Shown: positions 1 to 8,649 of the stretch, one piece after another
Layout: each line of letters begins with the position of its first letter
How positions within the stretch are numbered: the stretch's first letter is position 1
Origin: a virus
Lineage: Duplodnaviria > Heunggongvirae > Uroviricota > Caudoviricetes
IMG/VR virus record: IMGVR_UViG_3300045049_000270
Length of the DNA: 64,000 nucleotides
Reading direction: 5' to 3' (one strand)
Notes under the pieces: generated by a model
Database searches by the model: none
Seen by the model: only the letters and a program-made list of their open reading frames with translations
What the model was told of the DNA's origin: nothing
Program-made: the position numbers and the translations under genes

Positions 1-111
1 GTCAGATGTGACAATCTTTGTTCTACGCTGGGTTGATGAAATTTGACATAGCGTTCATCTGTTGAATGAATCCGTCATTAGTAGTATAATGATGAATCTT
101 TAGGAGGAAAC

Positions 112-435
112 ATGATTGACGTTACTGACTATGTGTACCACAATGGTGGAAATATTGCTGGAAATGACAGCTACGATGAACTGCTACAATGGTGTAATGA
201 TAATGTAGGTGAGAGACTCGATGCTACAAACGGTATGAAATATCAAGCACTTGACGTGATATGGGCCGGTAAAGGTTGGTATTCTGGGATATTCAGAACA
301 CACAACCCAGAACGAAACCAAAAATTCTTACATTTCTACTTTGCATTCGATGATGAACTTGACGAATTACAATTTAAATTGGCATGGCCTATTTTGACAT
401 CACATCTACAGCCGTCACATTCAAAACAAGTGTAA
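112..435 (+). CDS. Small paralogue-family protein (WxxENxG...FKLxW family)
   Basis: AGGAGG RBS; WCNDNVG and DDELDELQFKLAW motifs. Confidence 0.85.
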   Translation: MIDVTDYVYHNGGNIAGNDSYDELLQWCNDNVGERLDATNGMKYQALDVIWAGKGWYSGIFRTHNPERNQKFLHFYFAFDDELDELQFKLAWPILTSHLQPSHSKQV

Positions 436-644
436 TACGTGAATGGTGCATTGAAAATATTGGCCCAATAACCCATGACGGTCATTTGATTGGCGGTGGT
501 AACGGTTGGTGGATAGAATATAGTTTCAGTCCACCTGATAAACATGGTTATGTGAAGACAATTAGGCATCTGTTCATATTAAATGATATTGATGCGGTTA
601 GTTTTAGATTGGCTTATCCAAATGTCCCAATTATAAAAGAATAA
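384..644 (+). CDS. FKLxW-family paralogue
   Basis: WCIENIG, DIDAVSFRLAY; ATG lies inside the Trp codon of the upstream gene. Confidence 0.85.
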   Translation: MAYFDITSTAVTFKTSVIREWCIENIGPITHDGHLIGGGNGWWIEYSFSPPDKHGYVKTIRHLFILNDIDAVSFRLAYPNVPIIKE

Positions 645-645
645 A

Positions 646-936
646 GTGGACTTCAACATTACTACGATGTGGTATGAACATTATCATATCACGAGTTTAA
701 GAAATACAGTTCCAATCACTGATTATTCAGAAATGATTGGATGGCTTGACGAAAATATTGGTTGGGCTATTACTGAAAATAATCGGTTTTTACCATACTA
801 TGGGCATGGGTGGAGAATTGATATTGATCGTAGTGGTGACGAGCGAGTGAGTGGCATTTGTTTGACTATAGACGATGACACTGCTGCATTAATGTACAAA
901 CTCGCATATGGCGATAAATGTGATAATAAGAAGTAA
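646..936 (+). CDS. FKLxW-family paralogue
   Basis: WLDENIG, GHGW, DDDTAALMYKLAY. Confidence 0.85.
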   Translation: MDFNITTMWYEHYHITSLRNTVPITDYSEMIGWLDENIGWAITENNRFLPYYGHGWRIDIDRSGDERVSGICLTIDDDTAALMYKLAYGDKCDNKK

Positions 937-939
937 CAC

Positions 940-1203
940 ATGAAAGTATTTGAAATTTCACATATAGTTTGTAACCCAGAAAATGAGAAATGGAATGATT
1001 TGCTTATCTGGTTAACAAATAATATTGGTCCAATTCAATTGGATTTGTTTACAATGCCATATCTTATGAATGGTGATGGGTGGCGAATCAAGATTGATGC
1101 AACGGATGAAGATGATCGCTTATCTATAGCATATTTGCTTGAAATAGATTCAGATGTCTCAGCTGTTCACTTTAAACTTACTGATATATGGTGCATCGTA
1201 TAA
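940..1203 (+). CDS. FKLxW-family paralogue
   Basis: WLTNNIG, GDGW, DSDVSAVHFKL. Confidence 0.85.
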   Translation: MKVFEISHIVCNPENEKWNDLLIWLTNNIGPIQLDLFTMPYLMNGDGWRIKIDATDEDDRLSIAYLLEIDSDVSAVHFKLTDIWCIV

Positions 1204-1481
1204 ACGTTCATAGGTATATTCAAAATCATGATGGGTCGATTAATATGGTCGTCTACTATGAAATCATTGAGTGGCTCGAAACCAATTTGGGGCGAGCATA
1301 TCAAGAATATGATGAATTGCATCATGGCCGGCAAATAGCTCGGTGCGGTGAGATTTGGTCATTTCACAAATATCCAGTACCAAGCAAATATGATCCTTTA
1401 TGTGAATCAGAATATGAATGGCAAGTTGCTATGAATTGTGATGATAGTCGTGCTGTTGCATTTAAATTGATATGGTCGTAA
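1188..1481 (+). CDS. FKLxW-family paralogue
   Basis: WLETNLG, DDSRAVAFKLIW. Confidence 0.85.
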   Translation: MVHRINVHRYIQNHDGSINMVVYYEIIEWLETNLGRAYQEYDELHHGRQIARCGEIWSFHKYPVPSKYDPLCESEYEWQVAMNCDDSRAVAFKLIWS

Positions 1482-1561
1482 TTAGTCTAGAAAATTCGCA
1501 TTGGATGTTAAATATTGACAATGACACACTTGCAGTGGCATTCAAATTAAAATGGCTATAG
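1472..1561 (+). CDS. 29-aa minimal FKLxW-family member (C-terminal motif only); not in the ORF track
   Basis: Manual translation MVVISLENSHWMLNIDNDTLAVAFKLKWL*; overlaps both neighbours. Confidence 0.6.
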   Translation: MVVISLENSHWMLNIDNDTLAVAFKLKWL

Positions 1562-1788
1562 ATATTACAAGAATAATTGTCAAACACCTTAATGGACGAC
1601 GCCCCGATTCCATTCCAATGTGCGTAAATTGGTTGTATGAACAGATTGGCGGTAAGCGTAAACCAGAAGCAACACAAGAAGGTCGTTGGTGTGGTCGTGG
1701 ATGGGTAATTCACGAACACGAAGGTAGGTTCTATTTGGAGTGTATTGAATCAACTAGTGAACAGAGATTTTCACTAATATGGTTATAG
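1552..1788 (+). CDS. FKLxW-family paralogue
   Basis: WLYEQIG, GRGW, FSLIWL. Confidence 0.8.
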   Translation: MAIDITRIIVKHLNGRRPDSIPMCVNWLYEQIGGKRKPEATQEGRWCGRGWVIHEHEGRFYLECIESTSEQRFSLIWL

Positions 1789-2126
1789 ACATCTCTGAAT
1801 TGATGTGGTCGATTGTTTTAGGCATCAAAAATAACAATCCTATCCAATGGCTTGAAGAAAATGTTGGTCCTCAAATAGATGAACACCCAGATTTTGTGCC
1901 TCAAATGATGGGAGTGCATCAAGAACTTCGTTATCATGGTCGGCAATGGGCGATAACATTTGAAACCTTATTCATTCCCAATCCAGTTTCGGAAGATGAC
2001 TGGGGGCCTAAAAATGGCGAACTCTGGGGTATGATGCCATATTCCAAAACTATTACCACCACACGCTACTTTTTACATCTACTAGATGCTAGTCTAGCAG
2101 TTATGTTCAAATTACTTTGGTTGTAA
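1779..2126 (+). CDS. FKLxW-family paralogue
   Basis: WLEENVGP, DASLAVMFKLLWL. Confidence 0.85.
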   Translation: MVIDISELMWSIVLGIKNNNPIQWLEENVGPQIDEHPDFVPQMMGVHQELRYHGRQWAITFETLFIPNPVSEDDWGPKNGELWGMMPYSKTITTTRYFLHLLDASLAVMFKLLWL

Positions 2127-2372
2127 ATGGCAACAATAGTCACAGACTATCTATTGACTAGTCTCATCCCATCAGATGATAGGCAGCAACGCTATCTTGA
2201 AATAATTGATTGGTTAATAGAAAATGTAGGTCCATCTACACATGTCGGAAATAGACATGGAACGGGTTGGAAACGGTATCCCAGAATTAATGACGCCAGT
2301 GGCCAACTTGAATGGTGTATCGACATTGACGATGATACTTTGGCTGTAATGTTCAAATTGAAATTTGTGTAA
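2127..2372 (+). CDS. FKLxW-family paralogue
   Basis: WLIENVGP, DDDTLAVMFKLKF. Confidence 0.85.
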   Translation: MATIVTDYLLTSLIPSDDRQQRYLEIIDWLIENVGPSTHVGNRHGTGWKRYPRINDASGQLEWCIDIDDDTLAVMFKLKFV

Positions 2373-2620
2373 TGAATACGATCGATATATCTAAATACAT
2401 GGTAGATAGTGCCCGAAGTGAAAACTGGCAACCCATGAAATTATGGTTACTCGAAAACGTAGGACCACTCAAAACAGTCCAAGGATCGAAGGCCATTGGA
2501 AAAGGCTGGGAATTAGCAAGACATAGCCAGAAGACACTGACTGGTGCGTATCAGGATACGTACTTCGTAATAATCGAAGACGAATTGCTGGCGTTGGCAT
2601 TTAAGCTTATCTGGTCATGA
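2372..2620 (+). CDS. FKLxW-family paralogue
   Basis: WLLENVGP, EDELLALAFKLIW. Confidence 0.85.
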   Translation: MNTIDISKYMVDSARSENWQPMKLWLLENVGPLKTVQGSKAIGKGWELARHSQKTLTGAYQDTYFVIIEDELLALAFKLIWS

Positions 2621-2823
2621 TTCACATAACATCTCGATCACATGATTGCATGCTGCATAGCGTATTCCTAAATTGGCTTGTTGCCAATGTGGGGCCGTGC
2701 CATCGCGTCAAATTCGGGATCTTCCAAGGTGACGTTTGGTTGATGTCAGTCACCGCATCAGAAATCAAAGTTTACATTGACGAGCCAGCTCTTGAGGTTA
2801 TGTTCAAGCTGGCTTGTCTGTGA
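2617..2823 (+). CDS. FKLxW-family paralogue
   Basis: WLVANVGP, DEPALEVMFKL. Confidence 0.8.
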   Translation: MIHITSRSHDCMLHSVFLNWLVANVGPCHRVKFGIFQGDVWLMSVTASEIKVYIDEPALEVMFKLACL

Positions 2824-3077
2824 ATGCGATCCCTATAACAAAAAACGAAGTTATATTCTTTCCAAGATTGTTGATTGAATGGTTGCACGAGAATATTGGG
2901 CACATCATTCATTCTGATATTTGGTGGTTCGATAGCTATGTTCCTGCAAGCGGTGAAGGATGGCGAATAGTCAAACTTTATCAGAGATTAGGGGATGGAT
3001 CCATCATATCACAATTCTACCTTGAATTCGACCTAGATGTTCATCTTGTTCAATTCAAGCTATCATGGAATTTCTAG
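2814..3077 (+). CDS. FKLxW-family paralogue
   Basis: WLHENIG, GEGW, VQFKLSW. Confidence 0.85.
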   Translation: MSVNAIPITKNEVIFFPRLLIEWLHENIGHIIHSDIWWFDSYVPASGEGWRIVKLYQRLGDGSIISQFYLEFDLDVHLVQFKLSWNF

Positions 3078-3325
3078 ATATTTCAGATCTCATCACCACC
3101 TGCCCGAGATCTACTACTCATGAACTTATCAGTTGGTTGACTGAATGTGTTGGTCCTGTGATAGGTTACCAAATCCCCTGGCCTGCCAGTATAGGTAGCG
3201 GTTGGCAACTTTTTATTGTATCATACCGCTTCAAACTGGCATATCCGGACCTACATGTTAGATCATGGGGTCTTGGGTTAGAAGATGATCGAGATGCTTT
3301 GATGTTTAGACTTAGGTGGCTGTGA
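3065..3325 (+). CDS. FKLxW-family paralogue
   Basis: WLTECVGP, EDDRDALMFRLRW. Confidence 0.85.
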   Translation: MEFLDISDLITTCPRSTTHELISWLTECVGPVIGYQIPWPASIGSGWQLFIVSYRFKLAYPDLHVRSWGLGLEDDRDALMFRLRWL

Positions 3326-3657
3326 TGGCATACGAAATCGACGTTCGATACTTGCTCAATAAAGAGAACTCTTTTGCGAAAATGCTCGATTGGCTAGTAT
3401 CGAATGTTGGCGATTATTTAAATGAACGAATTGCTCCCACACATGGTTCAGTGCATGAATACGATGTAATGGGCCAGGGTTGGAGATATGAATTTCGCAA
3501 ATTTTCTTATGAAATGGCAAACGGTGAAATTGTAACACCAGCACATGATTTGTCTCGATTTGAAATGGTATGCCTGCAAACTGTGACAATTTATTACAGC
3601 AAGTTCGTTTACATCGATGATGAAGATAAAGCAATTCTTTTCAAGTTGAGCATGTAA
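3316..3657 (+). CDS. FKLxW-family paralogue (start may be ATG 3325)
   Basis: WLVSNVG, GQGW, DDEDKAILFKL. Confidence 0.85.
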   Translation: MAVMAYEIDVRYLLNKENSFAKMLDWLVSNVGDYLNERIAPTHGSVHEYDVMGQGWRYEFRKFSYEMANGEIVTPAHDLSRFEMVCLQTVTIYYSKFVYIDDEDKAILFKLSM

Positions 3658-3659
3658 TA

Positions 3660-3914
3660 ATGTACCTTGTGGAAATGAGCCGTGAGCATTTTACAGAGAA
3701 TGCTGAAGCATTTGAGGCTTGGCTTGATGAACACATTGGTCCGTTTAAATATCAAAGTGAATCCTTTCATGAGGAACATGAATATATCTATTATGTTGGT
3801 GAAGGATGGACTTTTGTGTTCTATGATCATGTTAAAACTTGGTGTGGTTTCGAATATTTGATGTTTTTCGAGAATGAAGCCGACGCTGTTCAATTCAAGC
3901 TAACATTCCTTTGA
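3660..3914 (+). CDS. FKLxW-family paralogue
   Basis: WLDEHIGP, ENEADAVQFKLTF. Confidence 0.85.
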   Translation: MYLVEMSREHFTENAEAFEAWLDEHIGPFKYQSESFHEEHEYIYYVGEGWTFVFYDHVKTWCGFEYLMFFENEADAVQFKLTFL

Positions 3915-3939
3915 AATAATAGCTAAAATCTATTGAGTT

Positions 3940-4257
3940 GTGTTCATATGGTGTTACCATATGAACTATCAATCAATGGAGAATACTATGGGAATACGAG
4001 CATATGTAAACATGCTTGAGGTCGACGAAGATCAAGTAGAGCAAGAACTGCTTGATATGAAATACCCATATGTGACCTTGTCAGCACAAGGTCGTCCGCT
4101 TGAAGAAGGGTATGATATTCACTTCTGGCTTGACGAAAATGTCGGTGAAGAAGATTACTATTATCTAAATATCACCAAATCTCTACAATATCACTCTGTA
4201 TTCTTCACCTATTCAAACGATGCACTCGCCTTCAAACTCGCATTCGGATACAAGTAA
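3940..4257 (+). CDS. FKLxW-family paralogue (likely start ATG 3988 after GGAG)
   Basis: WLDENVG, NDALAFKLAF. Confidence 0.8.
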   Translation: MFIWCYHMNYQSMENTMGIRAYVNMLEVDEDQVEQELLDMKYPYVTLSAQGRPLEEGYDIHFWLDENVGEEDYYYLNITKSLQYHSVFFTYSNDALAFKLAFGYK

Positions 4258-4264
4258 GGATTCG

Positions 4265-4584
4265 GTGTATCTGTGGTGGTCCAAGTTTCTATCCTCTTAC
4301 AGTTTCACGTATAGTCTAGAAATGGTGAAACAAGTTGAAGAAGCTGGTCTTGCTATTGTTGCTATTCGCGGACCATATAATGCCGAGCCCGAGGGGCACA
4401 ACTGTCATGGGGTGACGTCCATTCACTATACGAGTGGTTGCAAGAAAACATCGAAAACTACAACTACCTAGTTGAGATTCAAGCAGATGATGATGGCGGA
4501 CAATCATATATCATATTTCCATCACTAGGTAAAGCTGTTGAATGGCGTTTGACTTGGACTGACTATCTTGCAGAACGAACATAA
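4265..4584 (+). pseudogene. Frameshifted FKLxW-family member
   Basis: Frame A (...GPYNAEPEG) continues in the -1 frame as AQLSWGDVHSLYEWLQENIE...KAVEWRLTW; the break is at GGGG 4393-4396. Confidence 0.65.
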
Positions 4585-4647
4585 TAAAATGCTTTGGATG
4601 CATAGTAGTTGGTGCTATAGTAACAAACCAACAACAAGCGCACGACG

Positions 4648-4842
4648 ATGACAAAAGATGATTGTACGGCGTTCATAGTTGAACATTTCGCTGAGCGTCT
4701 GATTTTCACAGCGTCTAGACATTGGTCCATGGTTCGTGAATACGAATTCAATGATGTCATATTTCGTGACTTTCATCACGATGATGGAATAACCTGCTCA
4801 GTGATACAAATTGGCAATATGCTCTTTGCCACCGACGATTGA
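4648..4842 (+). CDS. Hypothetical protein
   Basis: 64-aa ORF in the sense orientation of the region. Confidence 0.55.
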   Translation: MTKDDCTAFIVEHFAERLIFTASRHWSMVREYEFNDVIFRDFHHDDGITCSVIQIGNMLFATDD

Positions 4843-4881
4843 TGCGTTAAAATGGCGTTCTAATTGACATCATAGTTCAAT

Positions 4882-5163
4882 ATGAACGTTAGAGACTACT
4901 TCAATTCCCAGCGTGCTGATAAAACACAGAATATCACGCAGATACGCAAACTTATGGATGCGCAGCCCTTTGTGCGTCTACCTGTCCCCCAAAATATAAA
5001 GATTGGACCACTTGTTGCATGGTGCCAAGAGAATATCGGGCGTGAAAATTTTGTCATATGTCAGAATACGATCTATTTTGAAGACACTGCGTCAGCTGTT
5101 CAATTCAAGTTACTCTTTAACGAACATTCAATTAAAAATACTAAAAAGAAACGGTGGTACTAA
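4882..5163 (+). CDS. FKLxW-family paralogue
   Basis: WCQENIG, FEDTASAVQFKLLF. Confidence 0.85.
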   Translation: MNVRDYFNSQRADKTQNITQIRKLMDAQPFVRLPVPQNIKIGPLVAWCQENIGRENFVICQNTIYFEDTASAVQFKLLFNEHSIKNTKKKRWY

Positions 5164-5396
5164 TGAAATTAGTAGCATGGGTTGAGGCTCAACCTTCAGA
5201 ACGTAGGGGGACATTTGTCTATTCATCGTTGCTTAAAGCTATGCCACATGAAATTACGATTCCGACTGAGTCGGCAAATGCGGCTGAAGAATGGTGTAAC
5301 AAATGTGTTGCTAATGAAGATTTCGTTTCGGTAGGTTATCGTTTCTTTTTCAAGAACGATAACGATGCACTGATGTTCAAACTAACGTGGTGTTAG
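5154..5396 (+). CDS. FKLxW-family paralogue (start probably 5163)
   Basis: EEWC, FKNDNDALMFKLTW. Confidence 0.85.
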   Translation: MVLMKLVAWVEAQPSERRGTFVYSSLLKAMPHEITIPTESANAAEEWCNKCVANEDFVSVGYRFFFKNDNDALMFKLTWC

Positions 5397-5451
5397 CAAT
5401 TGCAATAGCCAGTTTTGACGCTTACAATAACGTCAAAATTGGCGATAATAA

Positions 5452-5715
5452 ATGGCATCAGCATTCTTCATTCCTTACAACCACATAGATGAAATAATTG
5501 AAGTTGAACGATGGCTACATGCAAATATTGGACCTCAAATACGTGAAACGATCAAGAATAACATCAAAATCTATAATTGGAAAACTGGAATCACATACGA
5601 CGCTAATTGGGACAGGAGATCAATTAGAGTTATCATTTATGACGATTCACATGCAGTAGCATTCAAGTTACGGTTTGTGGATATTATCAAGAAAACTGTG
5701 CATGGCGACCTTTAG
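5452..5715 (+). CDS. FKLxW-family paralogue
   Basis: WLHANIGP, DDSHAVAFKLRF. Confidence 0.85.
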   Translation: MASAFFIPYNHIDEIIEVERWLHANIGPQIRETIKNNIKIYNWKTGITYDANWDRRSIRVIIYDDSHAVAFKLRFVDIIKKTVHGDL

Positions 5716-5968
5716 TATAGAAGGCATCCAGATTAATAATTACATTTTCTTTAGGAAAGTGAAAGATTGGTTGAATGCCAACATTGGCCCGACTACTTCC
5801 GAATTGCTTGACGACGAAGATAGTGACATTATTTCATACATGAATGGTGATGGGTGGTCAATGAAGTATATATTTGTCTGGGATCAGGCTAGACTGAATA
5901 TAGAATTCAATATTGAAGATGATTGTCAGGCGGTGGCTTTAGCATTGCTGATACGAGATTGGGTGTGA
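5675..5968 (+). CDS. FKLxW-family paralogue (start probably 5702)
   Basis: WLNANIGP, GDGW, EDDCQAVALAL. Confidence 0.8.
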   Translation: MWILSRKLCMATFSIEGIQINNYIFFRKVKDWLNANIGPTTSELLDDEDSDIISYMNGDGWSMKYIFVWDQARLNIEFNIEDDCQAVALALLIRDWV

Positions 5969-6237
5969 ATGTTATACAGATAACAAAATCAATGCAGGAT
6001 GAAAATGTTCTTGTCTTAGACGATCTGATTGAGTGGTTTACGTTAAGAACATCAACCGAAATTGAAAGAAAAGAGATTAACAGCAACGTTACTTGCACTT
6101 ACGTAAAAGGTGATGGTTGGAGCATCACCTTAACCTTTTTGGTCGGCCAATATAGAAGCTGGTCTATGGTATACCAAATAGAAATAGAAGACAATACACT
6201 GGCTGTTGAATTTGCCCTTGTTAAAGATCGATTCTAA
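5923..6237 (+). CDS. FKLxW-family paralogue (start probably GTG 5965)
   Basis: GDGW, EDNTLAVEFAL. Confidence 0.8.
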   Translation: MSGGGFSIADTRLGVNVIQITKSMQDENVLVLDDLIEWFTLRTSTEIERKEINSNVTCTYVKGDGWSITLTFLVGQYRSWSMVYQIEIEDNTLAVEFALVKDRF

Positions 6238-6281
6238 ATCTACAAGCCATTTATAGGTTTTGTTATAATTAGATTACAGCG

Positions 6282-6596
6282 ATGGTGATAGTACCATTGG
6301 TAAATAACGACCTTGGAGATAACATGATTTATGAACGGCAGGCTTTTATTGCAAAAAATTCTGATACTACCAAGGATATCTTACTTGCACCTGAACGCTA
6401 TGCAGAATTTGGCATGCCGTGCAAATGCCAGTTTTTTGTTAATATTAGTCTTCCCTGGGATGAAGAAAACTTTAAAAAACGTTTTTGGTTATGGGTTAAA
6501 GCACATATGGAGGGCGAAGTTCGAGTTTTTGGTGACGGAACTTGGATCGGATTCACCAACTATAACGATTCGTTTGAATTCTTCCTTTCCTGGTAA
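6282..6596 (+). CDS. Divergent FKLxW-family member (start probably 6324)
   Basis: GGAG RBS; WVKAHMEG, FTNYNDSFEFFLSW. Confidence 0.7.
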   Translation: MVIVPLVNNDLGDNMIYERQAFIAKNSDTTKDILLAPERYAEFGMPCKCQFFVNISLPWDEENFKKRFWLWVKAHMEGEVRVFGDGTWIGFTNYNDSFEFFLSW

Positions 6597-6616
6597 AGAA
6601 CAAAAAGAATACCAGT

Positions 6617-6910
6617 ATGCGATCATTTGATATAAGCCGAGTAAAATTTTTCATTTGGCCTATACTGCCTAATGACATAACTACTGCCAACAGTGATAAT
6701 TATAACTATATCACAATGATCGCTAGGGTTCAACACTCAGCAGAGCTGAGTGTTCATGAATGGGTTGAGGAAAATGTAGGCCCTGCTGATGTGCATGGCT
6801 GGTCCTTGGATTTTTCTAGAAAAAGTGGTAAAGCAGCAGTATTGACATTTGATAATGATAGTGAAGTAATTGCATTCAAGTTACGTTTTGGGTTGGATCC
6901 ATTCGAATGA
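6617..6910 (+). CDS. FKLxW-family paralogue
   Basis: WVEENVGP, DNDSEVIAFKLRF. Confidence 0.85.
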   Translation: MRSFDISRVKFFIWPILPNDITTANSDNYNYITMIARVQHSAELSVHEWVEENVGPADVHGWSLDFSRKSGKAAVLTFDNDSEVIAFKLRFGLDPFE

Positions 6911-7182
6911 TTACTCTTTCCGAGGACGATAGTATTAGTGATTTATATGTGTTGCATCGATGGTGGGTAACTTGGCCATCCGACCGACCAATTATGGATC
7001 GACGTTCAACAGAAAGACTTAATCTTATATATGAAATGAAAACCTACCTATATGAGCATGAATGTCAAGCTTTAATGATGTCGAATATTAATGGTCGATC
7101 TGGTTTCGGGTTCATGAACCAAATTGACGCAATCCAATTCTATTTGACATTTTCCGATCGTGGTGACGTGTTGAAGTTATGA
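6907..7182 (+). CDS. FKLxW-family paralogue (divergent)
   Basis: FMNQIDAIQFYLTFSDR; pairs with 7179..7496. Confidence 0.75.
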   Translation: MITLSEDDSISDLYVLHRWWVTWPSDRPIMDRRSTERLNLIYEMKTYLYEHECQALMMSNINGRSGFGFMNQIDAIQFYLTFSDRGDVLKL

Positions 7183-7496
7183 AACTAGTGGAGCACCATT
7201 TTCCCTCAGGAACTAAAAATAGTAAGTTTAAACATTGGGTTGTTTGGGTTGAACTAGGTTCGCACCATCCGGCGATCATACCATATCGAACATTTTGGAC
7301 AGAATACATACCAAAGAAACGCAAATTACACAGTGATATGTATGAATGGGTGTTAATCAATCAAATATCAACCCCTAAAAGAATAGAAAAAATACCTGAA
7401 TTAAATGGTGTAGCTTTTGGCTTCGAAACTGCAGGCGAAGCCATGCAATTTTTATTAGTATTTTCAGATCGAATATTAGAGATAGAACTAAAATGA
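7179..7496 (+). CDS. FKLxW-family paralogue (divergent)
   Basis: FETAGEAMQFLLVFSDR. Confidence 0.75.
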   Translation: MKLVEHHFPSGTKNSKFKHWVVWVELGSHHPAIIPYRTFWTEYIPKKRKLHSDMYEWVLINQISTPKRIEKIPELNGVAFGFETAGEAMQFLLVFSDRILEIELK

Positions 7497-7717
7497 CACG
7501 AACAGTCGCGCAAACATATTTTGACGAAGAAAGTGGTGAATTGATGCTTGATTTACCACAAGAGGTCATTGATACATTAGGTTTCGAACCAGGTGACATG
7601 GTGGAATGGGCTATTGATGTTGGTGGTAGAGTCACTTTCTCCAAGTATTATGGTGATGCGGCCGAGGCTAGTGAAAACGTTACAGAAATAGTGTCCAAAA
7701 GCGACAAAACCAGTTGA
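7493..7717 (+). CDS. AbrB/MazE/SpoVT-type DNA-binding protein
   Basis: LDLPQEVIDTLGFEPGDMVEW matches the AbrB swapped-hairpin pattern. Confidence 0.75.
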   Translation: MTRTVAQTYFDEESGELMLDLPQEVIDTLGFEPGDMVEWAIDVGGRVTFSKYYGDAAEASENVTEIVSKSDKTS

Positions 7718-7753
7718 CAGAAAAGGTGCCATACTGTAAAGTATAAATCTGGT

Positions 7754-7957
7754 ATGGGGCCTATCATGGAACAAATTTATGTGACTTGCGATCAAAATGG
7801 TAAAACATTACTCGCAGACGTTCTCTCAAAAACGAAAAACAGCATGAAGGTGGCTGTGGTAGGATCAAACCTCGTGCTTGAGTTACACCGGCAGGGTAAA
7901 GTGTTTGAAGGTCAAGCTGCCGGCCTGACCTTCGAGAGCGTTGGCATAATCGTATGA
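7754..7957 (+). CDS. Hypothetical protein
   Basis: ORF after TTGACA-N17-TAAAGT-like promoter. Confidence 0.6.
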   Translation: MGPIMEQIYVTCDQNGKTLLADVLSKTKNSMKVAVVGSNLVLELHRQGKVFEGQAAGLTFESVGIIV

Positions 7958-8082
7958 AAACTGTTCGTGACACACTAATTTGTGTCTTAATCATCTATAT
8001 GATGATTTCATATTACGATCAGTTTACGATGGGCTTGAGTTACTTACAGATTGCGTTGTCACATTAACAACAAAAGGTAAGA

Positions 8083-8601
8083 ATGTTCAGCAATAATGTG
8101 TTTTCAGATGGCGACGGTTGCGTGGCTGATTTTGATACTGGTTTCGAGACTAGATTTGGTGTCGAAGCAAAAGGTCTGAAGGTCGAAGTCTGGCAACAAA
8201 TGATTGCTGATACTCAAGGTCAGTTCTTTGAAGAGCTGCCACTGATGCCCAATTGGGAATATTATTGGGGAAGCATTCTTCCGTATAAACCACGGATTTT
8301 GACTGGCTGCCCTCGTATTGGCTATGACTTGGCTGCTGATGCCAAGGTTGCTTATTATATGAAGCATCTTGGGCCTTCTTATCGTGAAATGCACGGTGAG
8401 GACCTCAAGGTAATCACATGTCTGAGCAAAGAAAAACCACTCCACATGACGGCACCGGGTGACGTCCTTATTGATGATATGATTTACAACTTGAAAGCGT
8501 GGGAAAAAGCGGGTGGTCGAACTGTCCGTTTCAAGACTGCGAAACAAGCTGTGTATTTCTTCAATAAGGTGATCGTAGATGAACCGATCAAAGCTGCGTA
8601 A
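8083..8601 (+). CDS. HAD-superfamily 5'(3')-deoxyribonucleotidase (NT5C-like)
   Basis: DxDG motif I (DGDGCVADF), ILT, K, LIDD motif IV, WEKAGG. Confidence 0.85.
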   Translation: MFSNNVFSDGDGCVADFDTGFETRFGVEAKGLKVEVWQQMIADTQGQFFEELPLMPNWEYYWGSILPYKPRILTGCPRIGYDLAADAKVAYYMKHLGPSYREMHGEDLKVITCLSKEKPLHMTAPGDVLIDDMIYNLKAWEKAGGRTVRFKTAKQAVYFFNKVIVDEPIKAA

Positions 8602-8618
8602 ACCATAACGTAAGCAAC

Positions 8619-8643
8619 GAAGGGGAGCGAATGCTCCCCTTCA
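8619..8643 (+). terminator. Rho-independent terminator-like hairpin
   Basis: GAAGGGGAGC-GAAT-GCTCCCCTTC. Confidence 0.7.
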
Positions 8644-8649
8644 CCATGA

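Noticed and set aside
6331-6630. Alternative-frame 99-aa ORF (also 5003..5185, 25658..25882, 32651..32863, 44653..44844, 44893..45081)
   Set aside because: They lie almost entirely within better-supported same-strand genes and have no RBS or motifs.
112-7496. Integron cassette array or diversity-generating retroelement behind the paralogues
   Set aside because: Genes overlap with no attC-like spacers. No integrase, reverse transcriptase or near-identical TR/VR pair is visible in the window.
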